Source: Octopus vulgaris
Taxonomy: Eukaryota
Assembly (NCBI GenBank): GCA_951406725.2
Contig: OX597836.1
Span: 50,096,001-50,160,000, forward strand
Reading direction: 5' to 3'
DNA length: 64,000 nucleotides
Shown: positions 13,301 to 26,501 of the stretch, piece by piece
How the letters are laid out: every line of letters starts with the position of its first letter
How positions within the stretch are numbered: position 1 is the stretch's first letter
Translations under genes and position numbers: made by a program
Notes under the pieces: generated by a model
Told to the model about the DNA's origin: nothing
Seen by the model: only the letters and a program-made list of their open reading frames with translations
The model's database searches: none

Positions 13301-14065
13301 CAAGCTAAGAAGACATGTGGAAATGTAAAGATTTAATTTCAATTCTAAACCAATTCCTTTCCTAATTTTTTTTTGTTTTTATTCTTAACTCACTTACCTT
13401 ATGGAAACGAACTTTAAATCGTTCAGCAGAACCCGAAGAATTGTAAGTGAGGTAGATTTTTTCCATTGCTGATATTTTGGTCATGCTAACAAACACACAA
13501 CTTCAAGAATTGGTCACTCAAAGAAGGGCTTTTTTTTTTTTTTTTGCTATATCTCTGTTTTTCTTTGTGTCTTTTGCATTAATGAAGAAATGCTAAAAAG
13601 TGGATTTACAGTTTTGGAAATATTAGGACATTTATTTATGAAGAAAGCTACAAATGTCTTGTTTTTCCTAATCATGAAGACTTTCAAGGCTTCCCCTATG
13701 CAAAAATGTTACAAAACTAAGCAACCCTACCAGATAACATTGCAGGGGACAGACTCCTTTTAGAATTGGGAGACAAAGGGTAAGTATATACACTCAATGT
13801 GGTGAATATACAGTTCTGAATTGTTTACTGAGGGAATTAATATATTCGTGTCTGTCATCACTCTGATTATTCTTATTGTATGTACATATAATATAAAATG
13901 TGTATAAGTGGATAATGTACACTGATAATGTGTGTGTTATTGTAAATGTTAGTTATGTGGTTGTGTGAGGAGGCGGGTGGGGGTGGGGTGGCAGTGCCTG
14001 TTGTGTTTTCAGGTTATTCAACACCAGGGAGAACATTTGGCACCACAGGAGAAGTGGGTGAAGGT

Positions 14066-14660
14066 ATCAGGTTTAAATTTTTCATTTTAATAGTTGTAGG
14101 TTAATGGTTGATGGGAAAACATCAACAGTGAAATGGAATTGCAGAAGGTGGCATCGTAGTCTGAGGGAGAATGTATTTAATCGAAGGTCTGATGGTGTAT
14201 AACGATAGTAGCAAGGATTATTGGAGGAAGGATGAATGAATTAAAAACGGTTTCGATGAGGATGAGATAAAAATCAACAAGTTCAGAGCAGAAACCATTG
14301 TAGTAGTAGTAGAAGAAGAGACATGGAGAGGACACTGCCCAGCTGTAGGTCACCAGTTCTAGAGTTTGGGTGATGGATGGATTGTTGAATGTGACAACTT
14401 TAAACACATGTCAAATGTAAGCGTTGGAATGGGTCAGTTGGAACCAAAGACGGCTTTGGTTGTACAAACTGTTGAATCTTCATTTAGATTTCCTACTTCT
14501 GAGTGGTCATTTGATTATTATGAGAGGAAAATTTCTCTGCAAACTGGTGCTTCCGTGTATGGGTGAAGGAATGTTTTGAAGTTGGCTGACTCTAAGTTAA
14601 GCATTCAGCTGCTATCCATTACCACCAAGACATATACAAGTAGCATCAGGGGACTACAGA
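14066..14660 (-). mobile_element. Degraded CR1-like LINE 3' remnant
   Basis: Minus ORF NNPSITQTLELVTYSWAVSSPCLFFYYYYNGFCSELV resembles the CR1-type post-RT motif L.HRR.VSSL.LFYRYY.G.CS.EL (from recall). Confidence 0.55.
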
Positions 14661-15485
14661 CTAAAGAATATGGTTACTATTCAATAAAATTCTTTATCAA
14701 ACACTTGTAAGTAGCAGCTACACTACAACAAGTTGACTGAAGAAATATAGAATAAAAGTCTTCGAGGTCAACAGAATAACCTTTAACAGTTTTTTGATAA
14801 GAGATTCTTGTTTTTGTTCTTTGATTAAATTTTCAGAAAACAAGGAATGCTTTTGTGTGGTGTTCATCCAGGCCTTAAACTGAAAAACCTGCTTTTGATT
14901 CCAACCACATCTGCTTCCATGGTACAAAATAACGGTTGCATTTTAAATAATCGTTTTTTGTGGGAATTTTTTGTTGCGGAGAAGAAAAAAGTTTTAATGA
15001 AATACTCACAAGTTATGAAATAATTTGAAAAATAAAGGCAGAATGAAAGTGAAAGTAAAAAGTGTTGGGCTTTGCTTAACATTTGACCAAAATAAAGGAA
15101 TTCTGAAGACTACCAGGAATATGTGTTATTTGTGTATGTGTGTTTGTGTGTACGATCATAGTAATGTGATCGTACAGCATGCATTCTTTTTCAAGAAAGG
15201 ATCCTAACCAACACAGCATAAATGTCCAATGCCACCTTTTCATTCCAGAATGGCAGCGTAAAGTTTATCAGGAGGTTTGGACCTCATTTGGAACCAGTTG
15301 AAGTTAAATCCAAGAAATGGTCCTGAAGGAAATTGGAGAGAAAATTCATTTTCTTGGAAAATCCACCATTCCCACAAAATAAGGAATTCCTCTTCATTTG
15401 GGAATTTGGTCCTGGAGAGAAACCCCTAACAACAGCATTATAATGAAAAACAAAGAGTAAATAAATAAATGAATGTATGTATATA

Positions 15486-15517
<32 letters not shown>

Positions 15518-15585
15518 TAGATGTGTGTTTGTGTGACTGTGTATATAGTTATGTATATATAAGTATGAATTTGTGTGTGTGTATG

Positions 15586-15627
<42 letters not shown>

Positions 15628-16113
15628 GTGTGGATCGGCCTGTGTATGTGCAAAATCCTAATTGCTCCTGGTTGTATAAAACTTTGTGTCTATGTGCCTA
15701 TGCCTATAGGCATGCATGAATGTGTGTGTGTGTGTGTGTGTGTGTGTACACAAAAGCACTCAAAATAGTTCCTGGTGAGAATGGTAAGAAGATTTTTGTT
15801 GCTAAGAAGAGAAACAAGTGGGTGATCAGTAAATGCTGGCCACTGCTTTGTGCTGACGGAATACAACCCAGAGTGAAGAGGAGGAGGTGTAGTCAGAAGA
15901 GGTGGAGGAGGAGGAGGCTGAAGAAATTCTGTCAGTGTGTGGATGTAAGCTCCAACGACCAGATGGTTAGGTGGATGTGGTGGTGGTGGTGGTGGTGGTG
16001 GGGGGGCTTGAGTTCTGTGTTTATCTATGTTCGTCTGGATATTTAGGTACATATGGGTGTGTGTGTGTGTGTGTGTAGACAAATGTTAAAAAAAACAATG
16101 CAAGAAATATACA

Positions 16114-16187
<74 letters not shown>

Positions 16188-16272
16188 AAATTAATTAAGG
16201 GTAGAAATCAATATTTATCAATTAAAACCAGTGGTCTAGCATATTAAAAAAAGAATCCGAATATTAAATATT

Positions 16273-16414
16273 TATATATACCAATTAAGGACTGAACACG
16301 AAAAGTGGAGTTTGATTTGAGAACATAATCTTTTGTGGAGAATGGCGATTTGACGTCTATATCTAGCATGTTGACTGTCCACTTTTCGTGTTCAGTCCTT
16401 AATTGGTATATATA
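16273..16414. repeat. Perfect 37-bp inverted repeat around a 68-bp spacer
   Basis: tatatataccaattaaggactgaacacgaaaagtgga (16273-16309) is the exact reverse complement of 16378-16414. Confidence 0.9.
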
Positions 16415-16443
16415 TATATATATATATATGCATATATATATAT

Positions 16444-16851
16444 ACTCTTTACTCTTTTTACTTGTTTCAGTCATTTGACTGCGGCCATGCTGGAGCACTG
16501 CCTTTAGTCGAGCAAATCGACCCCGGGACTTATTCTTTGTAAGCCCAGTACCTATTCTATCGGTCTCTTTTGCCGAACCGCTAAGTTACGGGGTCGTAAA
16601 CACACCAGCATCGGTTGTCAAGCAATGCTAGGGGAACAAACACAGACACACAAACATATTCACACACACTTATATATATATACATATATATGACAGGCTT
16701 CTTTCAGTTTCCGTCTACCAAATCCACTCACAAGGCATTGGTCGGCCCGGGGCTATAGCAGAAGACACTTGCCCAAGATGCCACGCAGTGGGACTGAACC
16801 CGGAACCATATGGTTGGTTAGCAAGCTACTTACCAAACAGCCACTCCTGCG

Positions 16852-16853
<2 letters not shown>
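16444..16853 (-). mobile_element. Full-length tRNA-derived SINE, family B (CORE-like, internal microsatellite)
   Basis: On minus: head ggcgcaggagtggctgtttgg..gggttcagtccc, then cttgggcaagtgtctt, internal (TA)/(TG), and tail gctccagcatggccgcagtcaaatgactgaaacaagtaaaaagagt. Further copies at ~7330-7700, 18089-18449, 30781-31055, 45930-46140 and 48750-49150. Confidence 0.85.
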
Positions 16854-16913
<60 letters not shown>

Positions 16914-17110
16914 CTCATCACCATTGCCATCATCATCAAATTTACCTTAATCATCATCATCATCATCATCGTCATTGTTTAATGTCCCTTGAAGTAATGA
17001 TGATGATGATGATGGTGGTGGTCGTGGTGGTGGTGATGGTATTATATATATATGTATGTATTTCATGCATTATTTTTTTAATAATGTCTATACACACACA
17101 CACACACACA

Positions 17111-17146
<36 letters not shown>

Positions 17147-17243
17147 GATACACATAAGCACTATATATACATGTGTGTGCGTATATATATGGCTATGTAT
17201 GCATGTATTTATATATGCATTTGTATAGAGAGAGAGAGAGAGG

Positions 17244-17274
<31 letters not shown>

Positions 17275-17341
17275 GCCAGAGAGGCAAATAGATGCATGAA
17301 TAGAATTGATAAAGGAGAGAGAGGGGGAGAAGGAAGGAGGG

Positions 17342-17397
<56 letters not shown>

Positions 17398-18003
17398 AAG
17401 GAAGAACTACAGACGAAGAGGAAAACAATGTGTGCAAAAGTTGCTGAAACTCTGCACGTTTGTGTGTGTGCGTGTGTGCGTGTGTGTGCGTGTGTGTGTG
17501 TGTGTGTGTGCGTGTGTGCGTATGTGTGCGTGTGTGTGCGTGTGTGTGTGTGTATGGTGTCTCTGCTTAACTTCATCTATGTAAATATGTGTGGATATAT
17601 GTATCACATGTGTGAATGAATGTGTTAGCGTAAGGATGTAGGGGTATGGGTGTATGTATCTGTGTGTGTGTGTGTTTGTATACACATATGCATGTGTGTA
17701 TAAATCCACCCACGCCATACCCAGCTGAATCAAAAAGTAAAATGAAAAAAGTTAAAAATAACACCAACAACAGATAAAAAAACACAAAAGAGTACAGTGA
17801 AGTACAGATGGTTTTGTACCCACACCCTCACACCCCTATGTGAATGTGTAAATTGGTAAAGGGTAAATGCCACCAAAGATAATGGTTCTGTGTTTTCTGC
17901 ACATGGGGGAGGAAGGATTATGCATTGGCAAATGGGTGTGTATACACACACACAGCAGACATAGACATTTAAATAGATAATACATACCTATATACATATA
18001 CAT

Positions 18004-18081
<78 letters not shown>

Positions 18082-18457
18082 TACATATACTCTTCTACTC
18101 TTTTACTTGTTTCAGCCATTTGACTACGGCCATGCTGGAGCACCATTTTTAGTCGAGCAAATTGACCCCAGGACTTTGTAAGCCTAATACTTATTCTATC
18201 AGCCTCTTTTGCCAAACCGCTAAGTTACGGGGACGTAAACACAGCAGCATTGATTGTCAAGCGATGTTGTGGGGACAAACACAGACACACAAACATACAT
18301 ATATATGACGGGCTTCTTTCAGTTTCCATCTACCAAATCCACTCACAAGGCTATAGTAGAAGACATTTGCCCAAGGTGCCACGCAGTGGGACTGAACCCA
18401 GAACTATGTGGTTGGTAAGCAAGCTACTTCTCACACAGCCACTCCTGCATATATATA

Positions 18458-18545
<88 letters not shown>

Positions 18546-18743
18546 ATATATATATATATATATTGTCAGTAAATCAGAAATCAGAAAAAGAAGCAGACTC
18601 TAAGTGATAGAGCTGTATATAATATAAGCAAAGTTAGATAAGGCTGGTTTATTGGTTTTGTAAAGCTAAGCACTTTATGGACATGAAACCCAGGGTAAGC
18701 CCATAGACCAGCCATATCTATCTATCTATCTATCTATCTATCA

Positions 18744-18807
<64 letters not shown>

Positions 18808-18811
18808 ATCT

Positions 18812-19830
18812 GCCGGGTCGACCTTGAGTGACTTCAACATAACCCAAGCATTCTATAGGGGATTAGTGGAGGGGAAGTACGACGATTAGCTCGGGGCGAA
18901 CCTGGATGTCGATGAGGAATACCTGACCTGCCTGTTCAGGATGACTTTCGGACCTGGGCCCATGGACAACTTCCAGAGATCCCTGGCCTGGCAGTGCTAC
19001 CGAGTGGTGCTACCCATTCGGGATAAGCTCTACAGACATGGCTCGAGAAACATGGGGCTGACCTGCCTGAAATGTGGTCAGAGCGACGAAACCGTTCTGC
19101 ACGCAATCGTGCAGTGTCCAACAATTTCCGACCTGTGGGCCTATGTCGAACAACTGCTGTCACGTGTGGGACGAGTCGGTTTATTAGCCGAGTCTATCGT
19201 CAATATTGTCATGCCTCCTTCCTTCAAACGGGAAGGAAGAGCTATTTTCATCATCCTTGTGACTATGGCGAAAGAATGTATCTGGTGGATGCGTCTGAAA
19301 GGATTGGAGACAAACACTTTCCTCTCTGGTCAATCTCTCATCAACTTCTTCAAGTACCACTTGAAAAGGAAAGTGAGAGTAGAGAGGCAAGTTTTGTCTA
19401 GCGAATGTTTTAAAAAAAGATGGGTGAATGTAGCAAGGATGGCACATATGAATGACGAAGCCACCTTGAGCATAGTCCTATGAACCCGGAAATTGAAAAC
19501 AGAGGGTAACCCACTTGCAAACAAATGTGGTAACATGTAACAATATTGACTGAGGTTACCGTGGTCTTTTCCATAGGCTTTTCTTCCCACGGATAAACTT
19601 CATCTGCTTCTCCCTTTACATCTTACATCATGACACTGTGATACACAATCCCTATTGATCGTTTTTTTTCTTTTGTTTCTTTTCCTTTTTTTTCTTCTTA
19701 TTCTTTCCCTTTTATGATCCCTTTTGATCGAAAACCTACCCCGCCTATTTTTTTTCTTTCCCCAAAAAGAAAAGCTCTTCTTTGTAATCTGTCCCGTCTG
19801 TGTGCAGCCCTGTGTGGCTAATAAAGAAAC
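18812..19830 (+). mobile_element. 5'-truncated Tx1/L1-clade LINE (zf-RVT C-terminus plus 3' UTR) inside (TATC)n
   Basis: ORF 18941-19483 has LAWQCYRVVLPIRDKLYRHG..CLKCGQSDETVLHAIVQC (zf-RVT). 3' end ctaataaagaaac. (TATC)n lies on both sides. Confidence 0.85.
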
Positions 19831-19886
19831 ATCTATCTATCTATCTATCTATCTATAGATAGATAGATAAATAGATAAATAGATAA

Positions 19887-19923
<37 letters not shown>

Positions 19924-20744
19924 TAGATAGACGGATGGATAGATGGATAGATAGATTCAATATTTGCTCTCTCGTGTGTGTTTTGTTTCTGTTGTGGAAA
20001 TAGAAGGAAGCATGGTTGAAGGAAAGATGGCTAACAACAACAACAACAACAAAACAGAAAGTAGAAAAATAATGAAACTGATGATGAAGGGAAAACAGAT
20101 GAAAGATGAAAGATGAAGGAGGGAATGAAGAAAAGAGGAGGCTACAAGTGAGAGAAGACAAAAGGGATGTTGTTTTGTCCTTTCCTCATCACTACAACTC
20201 TCTCTTTGTAACCCAAATCTCTGCGACTCCCACCCAACTCCCTTCAAGAAAACCACACCAGTTCCATCAACCAACCCCCCCCCCCCGTGGGTTTAGAGCA
20301 CTCCCCCCACCTCTCTACCTCTCTGCCCCACCAACTTTTCTCTTCCATCAGCCTCTCTCACCCACCCACACATGCCCACCCATTAGGACACATTACTCAA
20401 CTCCAAACAGAATGCTACGTTCTAGAAATTTGTGTCAGGGAGTGACATGACATAACTTCCCATCTGTGTACAGGGTGTGTGTGTGTGTGTGTGTTTGTTG
20501 GTGTGTGGGTGTGTGTTTGTGGGTGTGTGAGTGTGTGTTTGTGGGTGTGTGGGTGTGTGTTTGTGGGTGTGTGTGTGTGTGTTTGTGGGTGTGTGTGTGT
20601 GTGTTTGTGGGTGTGTGAGTGTGTGTTTGTGGGTGTGTGGGTGTGTGTTTGTGGGTGTGTGTGTGTGTGTGTGTGTTTGTGGGTGTGTGAGTGTGTGTTT
20701 GTGGGTGTGTGTGTGTGTTTGTGGGTGTGTGGGTGGGTGTTTGT

Positions 20745-20796
<52 letters not shown>

Positions 20797-20913
20797 TGAA
20801 AATGTGAATAAAACCTTGTTTTAACCGATGGTGAATTGTAATGAAAAATGTAAAAAGAAAGAAGAGGCACAGAAATTTTGTGTTGAACAAAATATATAAA
20901 TATGACGCCCTCT

Positions 20914-21435
20914 GCTGGTGGCATGTAAAAAGCACTATCCAACATCCTGATCATGGTCGATGCCAGCATCCCTGGCCCCTGTGCCGGTGGCACGTAAAAA
21001 GCACTATCCAACATCCTGATCATGGTCGATGCCAGCATCCCTGGCCCCTGTGCCGGTGGCACGTAAAAAGCACTATCCAACATCCTGATCATGGTCGATG
21101 CCAGCATCCCTGGCCCCTGTGCCGGTGGCACGTAAAAAGCACTATCCAACATCCTGATCATGGTCGATGCCAGCATCCCTGGCCCCTGTGCCGGTGGCAT
21201 GTAAAAAGCACTATCCAACATCCTGATCATGGTCGATGCCAGCATCCCTGGCCCCTGTGCCGGTGGCACGTAAAAATCATCCACTACACTCTCGGAGTGG
21301 TTGGCATTAGGAAGGGCATTCAGCTGCAGAAACTTTGCCAGATCAGACTGGGGCCTGGGGCAGTCTTCCCGCTCACCAGTCCTCAGTCAAGCTGTCCAAC
21401 CCATGCCAGCATGGAAAGCGGATGTTAAACGACGA
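20914..21435 (+). mobile_element. RTE-family 3' UTR with internal 69-bp tandem repeat (5 units plus a partial)
   Basis: Units start at 20914, 20983, 21052, 21121, 21190 and 21259, followed by the standard 3' UTR ending gatgttaaacgacg. Confidence 0.85.
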
Positions 21436-21724
21436 AAGACAACATATATACACACACACATACATATATACACATATACATATATATATATATGCACACA
21501 TACATACATACACACACACATACATACATACATACATACGTACATACATACACACACACATACATACATACATACATACATACATACATACATACACACA
21601 TACATACATACACACATACATACATACACACACACATACATACATACATACATACATACATACATACATACATACATACATACATACATACATACATACA
21701 TACATACATACATACATACATACA

Positions 21725-21756
<32 letters not shown>

Positions 21757-22015
21757 ATTTTGACCTTCCACAAAATCCCAAAATTTTATTTAATTTTCTC
21801 TGCAGGAGTCACTGTTTTATTGAAAGTGTATATTGTTGTTAAATGCTCGAAATACGAGATTAGAAAAACAGCCAACAACTGATGAAATGTCGTTCTTTAT
21901 GTCTTTTTGTTTTCCATTTGTGTCTTTCGTTGTTCGAAAGAATAGTTCATGTTCCATGTATTTATGCTTTGTACTTTTTTGTTGTACACGTTTCATGAAG
22001 TCCTGTGCCCACATA

Positions 22016-22067
<52 letters not shown>

Positions 22068-22092
22068 TGTATATATGTACATACATCTATAC

Positions 22093-22130
<38 letters not shown>

Positions 22131-22167
22131 AAAGTAAAGAAAATGGAGAAATCAACAGATAGAGATC

Positions 22168-22535
22168 AATTTATTAACCTAATTCCAATTTTGGGCAACA
22201 TTAATTTCTTACAATTGTTTTTTTATTCAATTCATTCAAATTACAAATAATTAAATTACATATTCATTTTGAATATAAGGGATTGGACATTCCATCAAGG
22301 TTAGAAATCAACACAAAAAAGGAATCATATCCCAATGGATTAAGGAATCATTGACAGGCTCAACATATCAATGTTCTTTCTGTTATGCGTTCTAACCCTG
22401 ATGAAATGTCCAATCTCGTATATTCGATATGAATCTATAATTTAATTATTTGTAATTTGAATGAAGTGAATAAAGAAACAATAGCAGATTATAAGAAATT
22501 AATGTTGCCCAAAATTGGAATCATGTTAATAAATT
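22168..22535. mobile_element. Palindromic element with partial hammerhead-like core
   Basis: Inverted arms ~22168-22306 and ~22390-22535. CTGATGA-AATGTCC at 22398, with a degenerate mirror copy in the left arm. No clear stem II/stem I closure. Confidence 0.55.
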
Positions 22536-22742
22536 TTCTTTTCTTTTCTTATGCATAAATGATAATACACCGGTTTGCATCAATGAGAAGCTGATATCTT
22601 TTGAGTATTTCACCAATACACTGGATTGAACTGGGGAACTTGGATGCTAACAACCCTTTAAGAGGGATATATCCTCATAATAATATATATATATTTATAT
22701 ATAAAGATTATTTTCCATATACCTATATTTACACACACACAT

Positions 22743-22805
<63 letters not shown>

Positions 22806-23158
22806 TACAATATTATTAAAATTAATAATATTTACGAAAATTTATGTCAACACATTTGAAATTCCAACTGAATTTTAGCCATTGAAAAAAATTTTTTAAA
22901 ACACTTACAAAAAGAAACATCAAATTAAATTTAATTTTAGACATTCATTTAACCAAGAGCGATGCCATTGAATAACTAATTTTCTTTATAAAAATAAAAG
23001 ATAAAAAATACCATAGTAACTCTATATATTTTGACAATTTGAAATCTACATAGAAAAATAATCTAAAAAAAATTATCTACAAAAATAACCAGGGTGTGTG
23101 TGTGTGTGTGTGTGTAGGGAGAGTTCACGAAAAAACAACAAAAGACAAAGAGAGGTGG

Positions 23159-23275
23159 TGGCTTTCACCCAGGCGGCCCGGGTTCGATTCCCGGCATGGG
23201 AACATCTTTCTTTTACAGCGGTGGTGCCCAGCATGGCCGCGGCCTTCGGGCTAAAACATTTTTAAGGATTTTAAG
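23159..23275 (+). mobile_element. 5'-truncated tRNA-Glu(TTC)-derived SINE or tRNA pseudogene fragment
   Basis: tggctttcacccaggcggcccgggttcgattcccggcatgggaa matches the 3' part of eukaryotic tRNA-Glu(TTC). It is followed by ggtggtgcccagcatggccgc, similar to the family-B SINE tail. Confidence 0.75.
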
Positions 23276-23417
23276 ATGTATTAGTATAACTTTTCGAGCC
23301 TATGCTCTTCCACAGAGAGGAACACAGAAAGAAACAAAGAGAGAAAAAATGTGTGTAGTGGCTACCAATCTATCTATATATATATATTCGTATATAACAA
23401 AGCTGCAACTGGAAATC

Positions 23418-23569
23418 TTTTGGTATTATTTATTCACCATTACACATGTTTCATTTGCTAATAGGAATTACAGGAATTACAAAGTTTTACATGTCTATCT
23501 AACATGTAAATCTTTGTGATTCCTATTAGCAAATGAAACATGTGTAATGGTGAATAAATAATACCAAAA
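23418..23569. repeat. Near-perfect ~150-bp palindrome containing the hammerhead 3' half (GAAAC-ATGT-GTA)
   Basis: Arms mirror around ctatcta (~23495-23501), with a short ggaattaca duplication in the left arm. gaaacatgtgta at 23535-23546 has a mirror copy in the left arm. Confidence 0.8.
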
Positions 23570-24289
23570 ATCTTTCCAATCTCCTCCTTTTGGTATACAA
23601 TAACTCAGCAAATAATATTTCCATAATTCTCAATTTTAACATGCATTTTGAACTAAAATACAGCAGCAACTGAGACTACATATCAGATTGTAATAATAGA
23701 ATAAGCTGTACTTCAAGAGGAAATGGGTGTGATTCACCCAAACCATATATGATACATACATGTGTGTGTAGGCATGTGTGTGTGTGTGTGTGCGTGCGCA
23801 CGTGCGTGTGTGTGTTTGTGTTTGCTCCACTGCTTGAGAACTGGTGTTAGTGTGTTTATGTCCCCATAACTAAGCCATTTCTTTTCCCTTGCTATCAAAA
23901 ACAGGGGGGAAAAAAGGACAACCGAAATATAAGAGACCAACACATGACATCCCTCCATTTTACAATCAAATTGAATGTTTTGAAGGAAATTTGACTGCTA
24001 TGTCTATCAATGTCAACAATCAGGAAGATGCTGTCTCTTGGAATATAGAACGGTCTCCATTGGAATCAAGCAGAGTCTGTCCAACTGGAACTAACCAATA
24101 TCTAAAGAATGAACAAACACCTGATTGCTGGCTCCACCAAATTGTTTGGTTGACAACCTGTGTATCATAGGATGGATTGACCATAAATTACTCAGGGTTA
24201 CACGTAAACAACAACAACATACATCATTAGCATTGAAACAGAGTATGTGTGTGTAAGTGTGAGTGTGTGCGCATATGCAGGTGTTGCTA

Positions 24290-24319
<30 letters not shown>

Positions 24320-24321
<2 letters not shown>

Positions 24322-24812
24322 CGACTCGTGGCCGATGCCAGCGCCGCCCCCACTGGCTTCCGTGCCGGTGGCACGTAAAATACACCAATCCGACCGTACG
24401 ACAGGCACCCATGCCAACCCCCTTTGCTTGCGAAGACATGTTGGGGCAAGCGAAATCGAAATCGAATTGAACCAGCCAGGATCCCTGGTCTGGTGGTACG
24501 TAAAAAGCACTATCCGACTCGTGGCCGATGCCAGCACCGCCTCGACTGGCTTCCGTGCTGGTGGCACATAAAATACACCAATCCGACCGTGGCCGTTGCC
24601 AGCCTCACCTGGCACTTGTGCAGGTGGCACGTAAAAAGCACCCACTACACTCACGGAGTGGTTGGCGTTAGGAAGGGCATCCAGCTGTAAAAACATTGCC
24701 AGATAAGACTGGAGCCTGGTGCAGCCTTCTGGCTTCCCAGATCCCCGGTCGAACCGTCCAACCCATGCTAGCATGGAGAACGGACGTTAAACGATGATGA
24801 TGATGATGATGA
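24320..24812 (+). mobile_element. RTE-family 3' UTR copy with several ggtggcacgtaaaa modules
   Basis: Conserved 3' block ending cggacgttaaac(gat)n. Confidence 0.85.
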
Positions 24813-24820
24813 TATATATG

Positions 24821-25268
24821 GCCTCCGTGCCGGTGGCACGTAAAAGCACCAACCATTCGTGTCCGCTGCCTGCCTCGCCTGGCCCCCGTGCCGGTGTCAC
24901 GTAAAAGCATCATCTGTTCGTGTCCGTTGCCAGCCTCGCCTGGCCCCCGTGCCGGTGTCACGTAAAAGCACCATCCGCTCGTGTCCGTTGCCAGCCTCGC
25001 CTGGCCCCCGTACCGGTGGCACGTAAAAGCACCATCCGTTCATGTCCATTGCCAGCACTGTCTGGCACCTGTGTGGGTGGCACGTAAAAAGCACCCACTA
25101 CACTCACGGAGTGGTTGGCGTTAGGAAGGGCATCCAGCCGTAGAAACACTGCCAGATCTGACTGGGCCTGATGAAGCCTTCCAGTTTCACAGACCCCAGT
25201 TGAACCGTCCAACCCATGCTGGCATGGAAAACGGACGCTTAATGATGATGATGATGATGATGATGATA
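24821..25268 (+). mobile_element. RTE-family 3' UTR with internal 61-bp tandem repeat (4 units plus a partial)
   Basis: Units start at 24829, 24890, 24951, 25012 and 25073; (GAT)n tail. Confidence 0.85.
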
Positions 25269-25735
25269 TAGATATATATATATATATATATATACATATA
25301 TATATGATGATGATGATGATGATATATATATATAATATGAATAATGTATTGACAAGTTTCATATAATAGTCTCTATCATTATATAGTTTAGACTTAATTT
25401 TATATTTAACATCACATAATATCCTACCTTTCTGTTTTTTATGATTATATCACTTTCCCATCATTTGAAGATTGAAGATTGCATTGTTTATACCTTTTAT
25501 TCTTTTGAATAGTATCAGTGGAATTTTTGAAACATATGTAGAAAGTAAAAATACTTGTTTAAACCAGCGTTAACTCCATTTTTTATTCATATTACTCAAA
25601 ATATTCAACGTAAACATGAAGTTTCTACCTTTATAAACAAGGAGTTACAACATCTTTACTTGTGAAATTTTTGCTGCCCTGGTAACTATTTATTTATTTT
25701 TCCGTGTTAATTGTTAACAAGGTAAAAATACACTC

Positions 25736-25774
<39 letters not shown>

Positions 25775-25793
25775 TATATATATCACTCTATAA

Positions 25794-25829
<36 letters not shown>

Positions 25830-25847
25830 ATGTATATGTATGTATAA

Positions 25848-26365
25848 AAGGCTTGAAAGAAATGAAGCTAGTATGCTGTGCTGGATGTGTAGTGTCAGTG
25901 TGCATGCAAGACAGAATATAAGTGTCAGGAGAGAAAAGTTGGGCATAAGAGGCATCAGATGTGGTTTGCAAGAGAGACAACTGCACTGGTATGGTCACGT
26001 GTTGCGTATGGATGAGGGGAGCTGTGTGAAGAAGTGTTGATCTCTAACTGTAGAGGGAACCTGTAGAAGGGGTAGACCCAGGAAGACATGGGATGAGGTG
26101 GTGAAGCATGATCTTCAAATTTTGGGCCTCACGGAGGCAAAGGACAAGTGAATTTGGGGATATGCTGTGCTTGAGAAGATCCATCAAGCCAAGTGGAATT
26201 GTAGCTGTGGCTGATGCCAGTCTCACGTCAATGGTACCAGTGCTGGCGGCGTAGAAAAAGCACCCACTACTCTCTTGGCAGTTCCCAGCTTACCCCTTTT
26301 CAATCAAACCGTCCAACCCATGCCAGCATGGAAAAATGATCATTAAATGATGATGACAACGATGA
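25848..26365 (+). mobile_element. RTE-clade LINE ORF C-terminal remnant plus 3' UTR
   Basis: LERNEASMLCWMC..QERQLHWYGHVLRMDEGSCVKKC*SLTVEGTCRRGRPRKTWDEVVKHDL runs into the same (GAT)n-tailed 3' UTR, linking that UTR family to RTE. Confidence 0.85.
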
Positions 26366-26501
26366 TATATATATATATATATATATATATACACGCTGCA
26401 ATTGTTTTCGTTTCAGCACACGATCTCAGATCAAATTACTTGCTATGCGAGTACATCTCCGTAATATATATATATATATATATATATATTATCATATATA
26501 T

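Noticed and set aside
13389-13455. ctcacttac/gtaagtgag hairpin with GAAAC..GTT..CCGAAGA, and a let-7-like TGAGGTAG
   Set aside because: No stem I or proper stem II closure for a hammerhead. The let-7 match stops after 8 nt and there is no pre-miRNA hairpin.
13600-13785. Plus-strand exon candidate ending at AGG|GTAAGT
   Set aside because: All three frames contain stops shortly upstream; at most a non-coding exon.
20841-21428. Repeat-protein ORFs and CRISPR-like look of the 61-69-bp arrays
   Set aside because: Units are near-identical along their whole length (no unique spacers), there are no cas genes and the context is eukaryotic. The 69-bp period merely keeps frame, and the arrays lie within RTE 3' UTRs.
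21841-22010. CTGATGAA at 21879 in an AT-rich insert between microsatellites
   Set aside because: It may be another Penelope-type relic, but I could not assemble hammerhead stems.
23159-23202. Functional tRNA-Glu gene
   Set aside because: The 5' acceptor strand, D-arm and A box are missing.
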